From Torpedo marmorata (lineage: Eukaryota): a stretch of DNA of 64,000 nucleotides. The notes under the pieces are model-generated. The model made no database searches. It was not told the DNA's origin and saw only the letters and a list, made by a program, of their open reading frames with translations. Both the position numbers and the translations under genes were made by a program. Of this stretch, positions 1 through 12,420 are shown one piece after another; within the stretch, counting starts at the first letter, position 1; every line of letters starts with the position of its first letter. Where the stretch lies: the NCBI GenBank assembly GCA_977017645.1, contig OZ360225.1, forward strand, positions 138,260,001 to 138,324,000, written 5' to 3'.

Positions 1-270
1 CTTTAGCTCTCCGTCCTCATGCTGGGCCTACGTTAGCTCTCCGTCTTTCTGCTGGGTCTGTGTTAGCTCTCAGTCTCCCTGCTGGGCCAGTGTTAGCTCT
101 CCGTCTCCCTGCTGGGCCTGTGTTAGCTCTCTGTCTCCCTGCTGGGCCTGTGTTAGCTCTCCGTCTCCCTGCTGGGCCAGTGTTAGCTCTCCGTCTCCCT
201 GCTGGGCCTGTGTTAGCTCTCCGTCTCCCTGCTCGCCCTGCGTTAGCTCTCAGTCTCCCCTCGGGCTCCT
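1..270. repeat. 30-bp tandem repeat (~9 copies)
   Basis: Unit gctgggcctgtgttagctctccgtctccct. Confidence 0.9.
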
Positions 271-1012
271 GTTAGGCCCAGCAGGTGTCGACTTTATTAG
301 TTTACGGAGACCAACAGCGTCACACCATCACTGTGACTCAGTTACAGCACATACAAATAAATTTTGAAAAGCTTGGGGCTCTGATTCCAGAAGGTTTGCA
401 AGGCCATTAATTAATTTTCAATTTTTTGCTCTCAGCCAAGGTCGCTTGATGCAGAATTTGATGATGTAACCTGTGCCGGCAGTAGGGACTTGGTCCTCGT
501 TCCTGACCATGCAAATCAGAGAGGGTGTAAGGTCAAAGTGCAGGAGGGTGTGGGAGTGGGGAGTGTGCAAGAGGAGTGTGTACGCAGGGTTACGAGAGGA
601 GGAAAGTGCATTAGTGTAAAATGGGGTAGGGTAGAAATATGTAAGTGAGTGGGGAAGGGGAGATAGTGGGGTGGGGATTAGGTGGAAGTGGGGAAGGGGC
701 AGTGGGAGTAGGTGAGGAGGAGATTGGGGATGGAGTAGGGGTGGTGATGGGAGTGGGGATAAGGATGGAGGTGGGAAAGTGGTGGAGATAGGGAGTTATA
801 GGTGGGAAGGGGATAAGGGGGTGGAGAGATGAGGGTGGAAGTGGGGAGGTGAGGGAATGAGTTGAGTGGGGAGGGGTAGTGGTGGGAATGATGGTCGGGT
901 TGGGGAATGGTGGAGGTGGGTGGGGAGGGGATGAGTTTCCTGGTAGGGATGGGGTAGTGATGAAGGTGGGGAAAGGATGGAGGAGGGGTGGATATGGAGT
1001 GGTGTTAGGTAT

Positions 1013-1706
1013 GAGAATTCAAGATTCAAGATTATTTTATTGTCATGTAATAATACAGAGAATGTAATATTACACGAAATTCCACCATAAAGCAGACAAA
1101 GATTCGCCATCAGCAGAAATTGCCCAGCATTCCTTACAGTCAGAGAAAGAGAAGCAAAAGAGATTCCCCCCAGAGTCACTGCAACCACATAGCCTTCAGT
1201 CCAAACCATCGGCATCCTGAACTCCAGATCCAAACCTCTGACATGATCAGGAAGCCCTCTCACATCTCAGTTCTGATACCTGGTATCCCTTCAGTCAGAC
1301 TCGAGCCAGTCTCCAGCAGTCCACAGCCTGGTGTGAGTCCCTTGACTGCAGTCACCAGCAGCCCACAACCTGCGTGGGTTCCTCGCCTCGGGTCACCGAC
1401 AACTCATCGCCTGGGTGTTCTTCAGCCTCAGAGGCCCTCACTGGTCCGTCGTCGTGGTCACTGTCTCGTAGGGTCATCTCTTCTGCTTCTCCTTCTCAAA
1501 CTGGGGGTGGTCTCCCTGTTTTCTGGTGCCCTACGCTAGTCCTCTGCTTCCCTAGAGTTTGTAACCCCTCGTGGCTGCTGCCGTACATAGGCGCCACCAT
1601 CTTGGGCCCAGATCCCGTGGTCGCAGGATTTTAAAATAAAACCGCTGTCTGCTCCATTAACAGGCCATTTAAAGCCTTTACAGCAGCTCCAGCAGCACCG
1701 CCATTT
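1013..1706 (-). mobile_element. Non-autonomous non-LTR element (LINE-like 5' end plus Rex-type 3' tail)
   Basis: Minus strand begins AAATGGCGG with a further AAGATGGTGGCG (YY1-like) and ends catgacaataaa...(cttgaat)n. No RT coding recognised. Confidence 0.55.
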
Positions 1707-1713
1707 ATTTGTG

Positions 1714-2140
1714 GGTGGGGAGGGGATGTGTCGGGGTGGGGAGGGGATGTGTCGGGGTGGGGAGGGGATGTGTTGGGATGGGGAGGGGATGTGTCGGGGT
1801 GGGGAGGGGATGTGTCGGGTTGGGGAGGGGATGTGTCGGGGTGGGGAGGGGATGTGTCGGGGTGGGGAGGGGATGTGTCGGGGTGGGGAGGGGATGTGTC
1901 GGGGTGGGGAGGGGATGTGTCGGGGTGGGGAGGGGATGTGTTGGGTTGGGGAGGGGATGTTTCGGGGTGGGGAGGTGAGGTGGGGTGGGTGGGGAGGTGG
2001 GGTGGGTGGGGAGGTGGGGTGGGTGGGGAGGGGATGTGTCGGGGTGGGGAAGGGATGTGTCGGGGTGGGGAGGGGATGTGTTGGGTTGGGGAGGGGATGT
2101 TTCGGGGTGGGGAGGGGATGTGTCGGGGTGGGGAGGGGTA
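1714..2140. repeat. G-rich 21-bp minisatellite
   Basis: Unit ggggaggggatgtgtcggggt; source of the spurious GGDVSGW ORFs. Confidence 0.9.
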
Positions 2141-2789
2141 ATGATGAGGGTGAGGGTGGAGGTAGGCCTGTTGTGGACGGGGAGAGAGTGGGGTGGGAGG
2201 AGATGGGAAAGGGGTAGCAATGAGCTGCAAGAGTACAGGACTGAGATGGTGTGAATGAAAATCCCTCCTCTCCAGAGACGTTGGCCCGGATCTCGGCGAT
2301 CTTCCCGGGAGAGGCAGCTGATGACCAGGTGTTGTGTGTTGTCTCATTCCTTCACCCTGAGGTCTCCAGGAGTGTGTCCCGCGTGAGACCTGCATCCCAG
2401 CCCAGAGCACCTGCTCCTCCAGCATACAGGTGCTGAGGTCCTGGGGTAAGGAATGTTGACATTCCCACTGGAAATTGTAGAACATCTTGGCAGAGAGACC
2501 ATCTCTCCTCTCAGGCTGCCCAGCCCAGATACCAGAGAAGGGGGATTAGGAGGCTGCAGAAATCAAAAGAGGATTCAGAAGAGCCGGGGAAACCCCGAGG
2601 GGGTGCAGAGAGAGAGACAAAAGGGTTGGGAGGGGCACTGAGCAGCTCAGAGGGGCTACTGCCCATTCCTGGAATATCCAACTACTTTGGGAATAAAGAT
2701 TGGAACAGATAAGTTGGTTCCAAACCTTCCCTGGATCCAAGATGGCCCAGACAGCATCTCCCCGTCTCAGAAACCCCCTGTCCCAGGAA

Positions 2790-3290
2790 CAACCCACCCC
2801 AGTCCCCCCAACATCCTTGACCCCCCCACTCCGACCCCCACACCAACTTCCCCCACCCTGGACCTCCCACATCCCCCCACCCCAGACCCCCCCCACACCC
2901 CAGACCCCCCACTCCGACGCCCCACCCCAGACCCCCCACACTGGGCACCCCCACCCCGGACCCCACACCCTGAAACCCCCCCACACCCCAGACCCCCCAC
3001 ACTGGACCCACCCACATCCCAGACTCCACACCCCAGACCCCCTACCCTGGACCCCCCCACACTCTGGACCCCACACCCCGGATCCCACTCCCCGGACCCC
3101 CCACACCCCAGACCCCCCACACTGGACCCACCACACTCTGGACACTCCCGAGTCTCCACACTCCGTATCTCCCATACCCTGTACCCCCCCACAGTCTGGA
3201 CAACCCATACTGCAGACCCCTACACTCAGGAACCCCAACACTGAACCCACCAGCCCCAGGATGCTGCCCCCACACACTCCTGAGCACCCT
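2790..3290. repeat. C-rich degenerate tandem repeat
   Basis: Recurrent cccagacccccc(c)acac / ctggacccc. Confidence 0.8.
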
Positions 3291-4503
3291 ATCATCTGCC
3301 AATGAGGTGCCTGTGGAGGGGGTCACGGTTGTTGTCCAGGACGGGAACCTCAGCGTAAGGGTGTGAGAGGGCTGTGGTGAGGGGTTTTGAATCTAACATC
3401 AACCCCTCCCGGATCCAGATGCTGACACACAGGGATGCAGTGTTCAATAAACACAACACTGAAGAGCCTTATATCCAGCAAATGACCCCTCTCCCCTCCA
3501 TGAAACTCTGCAAAACATGGAATCATTCCTCGTGGGCTTGGAACACTGAGCCACCTGCAGCAGATGCTGCAAAGCCCTCTCCTGCCTGTTGCACATACAT
3601 CAACACAATTAGATTTCCCACAGATACAATTTACTTTGTGACAGCCCTAATGTATGTAAGTAGCAAAGTTGTGTAGATGTGATTTTATTAGTTTTAAAAT
3701 ACAACCAGTTCTGAATAACTCAGAAGGGACTGGGAAGCTTTTATATATGAGTGGATCTAATTGTTGTGTACAGTTTGCAGTGGGCCACTAATCACATTGC
3801 CCAGCCATTCAAGCCTCATTCAGGCCAACAGCAATTTAATCGAGGAGGTTTGCTCAGGCTGATGAGATTCAGGAGAGCCTGGGTGTGGAAGAGAAATGCA
3901 GCAATGAGGGACAGCAAACTGAAGGCCCTACACGTGCCAACTGCCTAACCCAGGACAAAACATCCCCCCAGTCCCGTAACATTCGACTGTAACATGGGAA
4001 CAGGAGGAGGCTGTTCAACACTCTGCCCTGCGATCTTCACGCCCAATTGAGGTGACAGATGCGGCCTTGAATAAGAATAAATCTGCCCCTCCCACAGTGA
4101 CACTCTGTCAGTATTGCCACACCTACATTGTGTAGCGCCCTCAGTACTGCCCCTCCCACAGTATAGAACCAGACTCTCGTTCGCAACCACTTCTCCCGGA
4201 ACTCACATCCTCTCATTTCCTAGTGTCACTATGAGCAGAACAGGAACATTTATAAATGCAGGAAGAAAATCTGCAACTGGACTGCCAGCCTGCAGTACGT
4301 CCCTTCCCCCCACCTCACCCCCCCCCCTCGCCACCATGTCCCTCCACACACACTGTAGTCCACACTCCCCTGTCCCAGTGAACCCAAGTTTCCACAGGGG
4401 CAGAGCTTCTGATCACTCCTTCTGGGTATTCATGCTCCAAACTGAGGGTCCTGCACATTTTCTCTCCTCTCCCTCTCCCTCTCCCTCTCTCTCCTCTCCC
4501 TCT

Positions 4504-4543
<40 letters not shown>

Positions 4544-4644
4544 TCCCTTTCCCTCCCTCCCTCTGCTTCTCCCTCTGCCTCTTGCAATACCTCCCTCTCT
4601 CTCTCCCTCATCCTCCATTTCTTTCTTTTTGCCCCTTTCATTCT

Positions 4645-4776
4645 NNNNNNNNNNNNNNNNNNNNNNNNNNNNNNNNNNNNNNNNNNNNNNNNNNNNNNNN
4701 NNNNNNNNNNNNNNNNNNNNNNNNNNNNNNNNNNNNNNNNNNNNNNNNNNNNNNNNNNNNNNNNNNNNNNNNNNNN
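4645..4776. other. Assembly gap (132 N) next to a (CT)n tract
   Basis: N run preceded by CT-rich sequence 4460-4644. Confidence 0.99.
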
Positions 4777-4832
4777 TCCATTCAATACATTAAGCACAAG
4801 CACCTCGGTGAGATCTCTCTCGATCTTCTGTC

Positions 4833-5407
4833 CACTGGCGTCACTAGAGGGGTGCGGGGTGTGACACCATCAGAGGGGTTGACACCAAAATAACTGTCTA
4901 TAAAATTTTTGTGCAGTGTTTCAACAGAAATTTACTATTTTTATAAAAAATATCCCTGTAGTTAGTTATAACAAAAACATTTTTCGTAAGCCCAGCTTAC
5001 CTTACAAGGCTAAAACTCTATGCTAATTTACTTTTTGAACCTTCTAATGCGTCAGAGCTGTCATTATTACCCAATTACAATGACGCTTCGAATCACGTGG
5101 TTTCGTCTGCACGCGCTACAAGCACGCGCTGTTGTTTTTGTTGCTGCTGGTGTTTTTATAGTCGCTGCTTTTGTCAAATGTTCTGATATTTTAGCTACAA
5201 TATTGTGGTAATTAGTATTTGTAAATACATTTAGGCTGTACGTATGATATTGTAATATCATACACACGAGTAACATTAGTACAAACATCATTACTAAGGG
5301 TTCTGTATGGTCTGGTACGGGAGGAGGTCCATGGGGGGGGGGGAGGTGGGTGGGGGTGACACCATGAGTTACCGCACTGGGTGACACCAACCCTCGTGAC
5401 ACCACTG
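4833..5407. mobile_element. Non-autonomous hAT DNA transposon (MITE)
   Basis: Perfect 8-bp TSD cttctgtc (4825-4832 and 5408-5415). Imperfect TIRs cactggcgtcac / gtgacaccactg, subterminal tgacacc repeats. Confidence 0.85.
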
Positions 5408-6834
5408 CTTCTGTCCTCTGAGGAAGGGCAGAAGTACTTCCCCTCTCCTTGTTGTTGCCCCCGCCAAGCCCATGTATCATTCAGGGCCAACATCAGGGTT
5501 GCCCAGCACAACAGCTGCTGGGGGATGGTTTCGGCTGAAGTGAAGGACCTCTCTCAGCCAACGAGTGAGGCTCTGGGGGATCTGACAGGTGCAGGGGGTA
5601 ATCCCCTTCAACCTGTCTCCCGCCCCCCTCTGTGGGACCAGTTATGAGGATCAGGCTCCTTTCTCAGTGGCTCTTCTAGGTCGGCTGAACATTTCAGGAC
5701 ATCACAAGCTGTGGGTGGGGCTCATGGTGAAGGGGGTGGCTGACAGTCCCTGTGAGAGACACCTCACACTCTGTGCCAGCATCTGCACAGCTCACACCAT
5801 GGAGACTGTTGGCAGATTGATGTAGTGGGTGACATCTCAGTCCAAAACACATGTAAAAGGTTAATGAAGGTCAGCAGGGTCATCCATCACTGGAACTCAT
5901 CCACCACTTATACTCATGTCAAATAAAAAGAAGTCAATTAGCTTACTTTGCAGCATATTTTTACCACATTCTGCCTGGTGCTAATGTGCCAGAAAGTCCA
6001 TTATACCTTCACAAAGGCCAGAGACAGGACCTTGCCCAAAAGCAGTTCTCGAACTGATAATTTCATGATGTGAGCTCCCCCACATTCAGCACTCTCACAG
6101 CCTTCTAAATAAAGCTTCAGACACATGTCATCCCAGAGGCAGTGCCGATCCATTTTAATGTTCATGTTTCTGACTTTCATCAACAGCACTGTCAGATCAA
6201 ACACTTCCTCAGCTCTATCTATGATGCTCTGCCTCAGAAACACTCGCCAATTTGTCCCCTGACCACACCCTGGACCCAGACTCCCCTACCCAACACATCC
6301 CTGCTCCTCCGTAACACTGGAGCCAGCACCCGGCTCAACCACTCACCGACTCTAGTTGTGGTTCACCTCAAACTGCCTGCCCTGCCTCTGCTGCCTCCAG
6401 CTCACCTCCATCAGTTACCGTGTGCCATCACTAATTCTCTCAGCTGGCCCTGTCCTTTCCTCTGCTCCACCTTCCACCCAACCAGTCCTGGTCCCAGACT
6501 GCCTCAGAACTTCTACCTTCCCCCAGTTGTTCTCCCTCCCCTTGTTGAGGTCAGCCAGGCAGCCAGACCCATCCAATCCTCCCATACCTCTTTTCCCACT
6601 GAACCTCTGACCACCAGAGACCCCTGCCCACAGCCCACATCATCTGTCTCTGTTCCTGCATCTCCCCTCAGTAACTTCTCTCTCTTCCAAATCCAAAGCC
6701 AACCTTTCAACCAATTTCTTCAACGGCCTCAGTGGCTGGAGCTTGCTCTCTCTGGAAAAGAATGGCCACTCTTATGATTCTGGTCTCACGTGGCACATCT
6801 CATTGCTGCAGATTAAAGCAGCTTTATGTAAACT

Positions 6835-7050
6835 CAATCTTCTGGAGGAACTCAGCGGGTCGAGCAGCATTAATGGGACAAAAAGAACAGCTGATGTTTC
6901 AACCTGAAACGTGTTATCACGACAAAGATAAGGAATTTTGGTTTGAAACGTCGACAATTCTTTTTCTCCCACTGATGCTGCTCGACCCGCTGAGTTCCTC
7001 CAGCAGATTGTGCCTGGCTTAAGATTCCTGCATCTGCATTCTCTTGGGTG
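6835..7050. mobile_element. Inverted pair of Penelope-type terminal-repeat fragments
   Basis: ctggaggaactcagcgggtcgagcagcat ... atgctgctcgacccgctgagttcctccag, then the aagattcctgcatctgca end motif. Confidence 0.7.
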
Positions 7051-8844
7051 TCCAAAGCAGCTTTATGTCTTGAGTGGCCAGAATAAACTATGTTTTCTCA
7101 TTTATTTTTCCTGCTGGCAGACTGGAGTGCTGCTATTGGGAGACTCCTGTCACAGGGCAGGTAGAGAACAGCAGGCTCCTACAACTGCAGTGTTCACTTC
7201 CACAGAAGATCCCAGTGTTATGTTTCTGTCACAGGTAGCTATGGCCCCAGTGGTTGAGTCCTGAGCTCTGGGACTCTCCCTGTAAATACCTACACCTCTC
7301 TCTCCTCCTTTAACAAAATCCCTATCACCTACCTCCTTCCCGAAGCTTCTGATCTTTTCTCCTAATACATCTCTTCTTGTGGCTTGCCATTGTCTCTGGT
7401 TGTGCACTGCACTGTTAAAGGAGCTCAGAAAATGCGACCAGTTTCTTAGATTTAACTTGAAATGGTTTTTTTTTAATTATGGAGTTTGGAGTTTTCACTC
7501 AGGAGGTCTTTTTGCGAGATTAGAGTGACTGCGGTTGGACAGTATTGGATATGAGAACTCTACGTCCACGTGTGTTTCTCTTCCCATTGGCACAGATTTT
7601 TACAAGAGCTCAGACTGGGTGCCCCGCGGGAGCTAGAGGAGAGGACCTGGACTGTCAGGAGCTCCTGGGCAAATGGCAGTAATCATTTAAAGCATTCTCT
7701 GACCAATGCGTAAGACACAAACAGGTCAATGACAACCATGGCCTCTCCCACCACTGCCTCTGAGAGGATGTATTCACACTGACCTACACAGATCCCCCCA
7801 CCAATGCCTGCCTGTCCTTCTCCCCGACCACGCGCAGTTAATGATTTTGTAGGCCGCACCCTGCCTCTTGTTAATGATTTAAGGGTCAGTGGTGAGACTT
7901 GACCCTGAAACAAATTAAAACATCACAGGCACTAGAGTTAGTCGGAGGCTATATTTCTCTTCCATCAACAAAACACTCCCCTCTGGCCTCTCTTATCTGC
8001 TGGCTCCTTCTCTGTTCCCCAGTGTGCTCCCACTCACAGAGGGCTCTTCATGTAAGCTATCTATGAGGCTGTGGCAGAGACCCTGTCCCCTCTCCCAGCA
8101 ACACCCACCCCCATCCTTCGCCTAATCAGTTGCCAATTTCTGGCTGTAAGTGGGAGCCTGTCAGACTGTCCAGACACCAGAGTAATTAACAAAACCACAG
8201 CCACACAAACACTGGGAAGTGGGAGGGAGAGAGCAGAGTGTCAGCGCCACAGGACTCTGCTCAATGTTTGGGATAAGTTCAGCAGACTACCAATGGAGAT
8301 AACAGAACTCACTGCATTAACACATCACCACACTCTGCCGTTATTTTCCATTGAGAGACTTCATGATTTAACGGAGTGATCTCACTGCTGGATCAGCTGT
8401 GTTACAGATCCCTTATTCTGCCAGCATGGCAAGGCTACATTTTACAGCAATTAGAACTTAAGGAACTTCTTGTAACTGCTGAGATGTACAGAAAGCAAAT
8501 ATAGTCATCGAGTCATACAGCACAGACCCTTCGGCCCAACTGATCCATGCTGACCGAGTTGGCATTCTGGGCCTGAACCATTTGTCTACATTTGCTCCAT
8601 ATCTTTCTAAGCTCTTCCTATCCCTAAATCTATCCAGATGTCTTTTGAATCTTATTGTGCCCGCTTCTACAGCTTCCTCTGACAGTTCGTTCCAGATACA
8701 GTCCACCCTCTGAGGGCCCTCCCAAATCTCTCCCCTCTCACCTAGAATGCCCTCTGTGCTAGAATCATCTACCCTGGCAAAAAGACTGTGAGTATTCATG
8801 GTATCCCCGGCCCACACGATTTTGTAAACCTCCACACGATCACA

Positions 8845-9470
8845 GGTGCTCGGCAAAGCAGACGAGGTCATTTGGTCCAACTGGACCAATTGCATTTTCT
8901 ACATTGGTGAGGCTGAAGGCAGATTGAGAGACTTGCTTCATAGAGCACCTGCGCTCTGTCTGTGGGTCCAAGCTAAAACTTCCATTCGCCAACTATTTGA
9001 ATTCCCCACGTCATTCCTACACAAATATGACTCTCCTCGGATTTACCCTTTGCTAGGGTGAGGCTAAACATAAATTTGAGGAACAACTTATCATATTTCT
9101 CCTTGTCAGGCTTAAACCCAACATTAAATTTTCTAACTTTAGGTAATATCCCCACTACCATCCAGTTCCACTCTTTTCTTTACCTGCTTCTGTCCTATTT
9201 TTCTCTTTAACCTCCCCCCTCCCCTACCCCACGGTGGTCTCTCCCTCTACCTGTCCATCTCTCCCATCTTCTGTCCAGTATCACCTCAGCCCCTTCCCAA
9301 CTCCTCCCCCTCTTCCCCCTTTTCATATTTGATATCTCTCTTTCCCACTTTAGTCTTGATAAAGGGTCCTGACTGGAAAAGTTGGCTGAGCATTTATCTG
9401 CGTGGATGCTGCCTATTCCATTGAGCCCTCCAACTTCTCTTTGTTTACTCAAGATTCCAGCATCAGCAGT
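8845..9470 (+). mobile_element. Degraded Penelope-like element (GIY-YIG remnant plus terminal repeat)
   Basis: FYIGEAEGRL matches the YIGETxRRL endonuclease motif; pyrimidine-rich spacer; degenerate ttgataaagggtcctgac..gaaa end. Confidence 0.65.
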
Positions 9471-10060
9471 TGGGAAGTAGAATCATAGGTAAGAGAGCCA
9501 GTAGGTAGTGGAAATAGTTCACAATTCTCAACAAAGATATTTTCCAATCAATGCATAACAACTCAAGGAGAAGGATGATTTGCCAGTGACAGCTCAGAGT
9601 TAAACTTCTGAGCTAAGTGGAAAGAAAAAGCATCTTTCCAAGAAAAAGAGGATGATCTCAAGTGGAAATAAAAAAACATACAATTCTGGGATGATTTGAG
9701 GTTATCCAGAAAATTGGAAATTATTTTATTAACTTGCACAACATAATAAAGGGAAGAACATAGATCTTGAGATTAGATGCGTGAGGAGAAATTTCTTCTC
9801 CCACAATGCCATGAACATTTGGAATTCTTTCCCCTCGGGTGCTGTGGATACGGAGTCATTCAATGTGTCCCAGTCAGAGGCTGATAGCACTTCAGGAGTT
9901 GTGTGTCACTGGCAAACTCAGCGTGCAATACCAACCCCCACATGCCCTTGAGAATGTGAGGGGTGAGTTGCCTTCTCAAACCACTGTGAGCCTTCTGGTG
10001 AAGGTGTTACCACAGCGCTGTCGGGGAGTTTGAGGATTTAGACCCAGCCATGAAGGACCA

Positions 10061-10524
10061 TTAGACCATAAGACATAAGAGCAGAAAGAGGCTATTCAGC
10101 CCATCGAGTCAGCCCTGCCATTTAATCATGAGCTGATCCAGTTTCCCACTCAGCCACACTGCCCAGCCTTCTCCCCATAACCTTTGATGCCCTGGCTAAA
10201 CAAGAACTTATCAATCTCTGCCTTAAATACACCCAATGACCTGGCCTCCACAACCGCCTGTGGTAACAAATTCCACAGATTAACCACCCTCTGGCTGGTG
10301 AAATTCCTAGCATCTCTGTTCTAAGCGGACACCCTTCAATCCTGAAGTTGTGCCCTCTTGTCTTAGACTCTCCCTCCATGGGAAACAACCTTTCCAGATC
10401 TACTCTGTCCATGCCTTTCAACATTTGAAATGTTTCATTGAGATCCCCCTTCATTCTCCAAAATTCCAACGAATACAGGCCAAGAGCTGTCAAACGCTCC
10501 TCGTATGATAACCCTTTCACTCCT
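10061..10524 (-). mobile_element. CR1-type LINE 3' fragment
   Basis: GLSYEERLTALGLYSLEFWRMKGDLNETF...TRGH, the CR1 ORF2 C-terminus. Possible TSD ggacca (10055, 10525). Confidence 0.8.
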
Positions 10525-11419
10525 GGACCAGTGAAATGCTTCCAACTCAGCATGGTGAGCAACTTGGAGGGGAAGCTTGCATGGTGTTATCATGTGCTTA
10601 CTGGCCTTGAGAGGCTGAGGTTTGAGGAATTAGACAAGTAACTGTAGATGGTTATAACTGCAGCCACTGTGCACCAGCGGTGGGGGGAGGAGTGTTTAGG
10701 GTCAATAATGATGTGCTAATCAAACATAATTCCTTGTCCTCAGTGCCACTGAGCTTCCCAAGCATTGTTGTCCCTGTACTCATCCAGGAAAGTACTAATC
10801 TATCACACTCCTGACTTGCTCTTCTTCTAGTCACGATATTTATATGGCCAGTCCAGTTGAGTTTTGATCAATGGTGATCAGCAGGATTTAAATGGTAGCA
10901 ATGATGATTGCATGTTGTTTGTGTTGGTTTAGCACACACACTGTCCTGTATTGTGGCTTCAATAATTGGCACCTCATAATTTGTCGGTATCCCCGGTCAG
11001 TGTTCATCCCAGATGCCCTTCTGCACTCCTTCTTGAACCAGGGTTGATCCCTGGCTTGACAGTGATGGTCGACACAGGGATGTCCTCAGGTTACAGATGG
11101 TCTACACAGTGCCTCTTCAATGATCAGGTTTGGGCTGATAGATCCGATGCGAGTCAATCTTATCCTTGGGAGGATTCCTTTCTCTTCTTCCAAATTACAC
11201 CACAGGATCTTTTGCACTCCCAATTGATCTGTTGGAACCTGGATTTAACAACAGCTCCTCTACCCATACAACTCTCCCTCAGCACAGATATTTAGCACCA
11301 GACTCTGAAATGAACTGAAGAATGTCAGAAACAGCCCCTCAATCCTGCTGCTCCAGTCATCAAGACCATGGCTGATCTACCTCAGTGCAATTTTCCTCCC
11401 CTATTACCATATAAATAAC

Positions 11420-12420
11420 TTGAACAGGGAATTTGGAGGGCCAAAATGGATCTTCAAATGTCCTTGGCAAGTAAGATTAAGAAAAAACCCAACACATTTT
11501 ATGCATACATTAAAAACAAGATGGTAGCTAGGGAGAAGGTAGGACCACTCAAGGACAAAGCAGGGAATTTATGCCTGAAGCTGGAGGTACAAAATTAGTA
11601 CTTTGCATTGGTATTCACCAAGGAGAAAGACATAGCTGGCAATGACATAAGTGTGGGGTAAGCACAGATGACAAGAGAGTAGTCAATGTTGTTCTTTGTT
11701 AAGAAAGGTGGTGGGGATAATCCAACAAATCATAGGTCACTGAACCTTACATCAGTGGTAGGGAAGCTATCAGAAAGGATTCTTGGGGATGGGACTTACA
11801 CACATGTGGAAAAGCATTGGTTTATTAGGGATAGTCAGTGTGACTGTGTGTTGGGGAAGTCATGTCATGAACTTGATTTTTTGAGGAGACGACAAAAATG
11901 ATTAATGGGACTAAAGCAACAGATGTTGTCTGCTTGGACTTTAGTGAGGGGTTTGACAAGGAGCCTCATGGTTGACTGATCCAGAAGATGGAGAAAGGGT
12001 CCAGAAGAGGTTGTCTGGATTAGAGAGAAACTTCCCATAAAGAAAGGTTAGACAAACTTGGGTTGTTTTCTCTGGAGCATTGGAGGCTGAGGGGAGACCT
12101 GATAGTTTATAAAATATGGGAGGCAGAGCTATGGTAGATGGTCAGCAGAATATTTTTCTCAGGCTGGAAGTATGGCCATAGGTTTAAGGTGAGAGGGGAA
12201 AGTTAAAAGGAGACTTACTAGGCGTTTTTTTTTACACAGAGCGGTGAGTTCCTGGGGAGGTAGTGGAAACACTTAAAGGCATTTAGACAGAGACATGAAC
12301 AGGTAGGGAATGGAGGGATACAGACCGTGTACAGGCAGAAGGGATTAGTTAGGTTGGCATTATGGTCAGCACAGACATTGTGGGCTGAAGGGTCTGTTCC
12401 TGTGCTACGTTCTATGCGTT
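11420..12420 (+). mobile_element. Degraded, internally deleted CR1 LINE
   Basis: LFFVKKGGGDNPTNHRSLNLTSVVGKL RT remnant; CR1 tail gggctgaagggtctgttcctgtgct. Confidence 0.75.

Noticed and set aside
290-2445. Possible minus-strand exons (about 410-505 with a downstream AATAAA near 293, and 2225-2440)
   Set aside because: Acceptor-like sites exist, but I recognise none of the translations and cannot build a consistent gene model; RNA-seq or BLASTX is needed.
1631-3326. Many overlapping Pro- or Gly-rich ORFs
   Set aside because: They arise from G/C-rich tandem repeats that lack stop codons in most frames.
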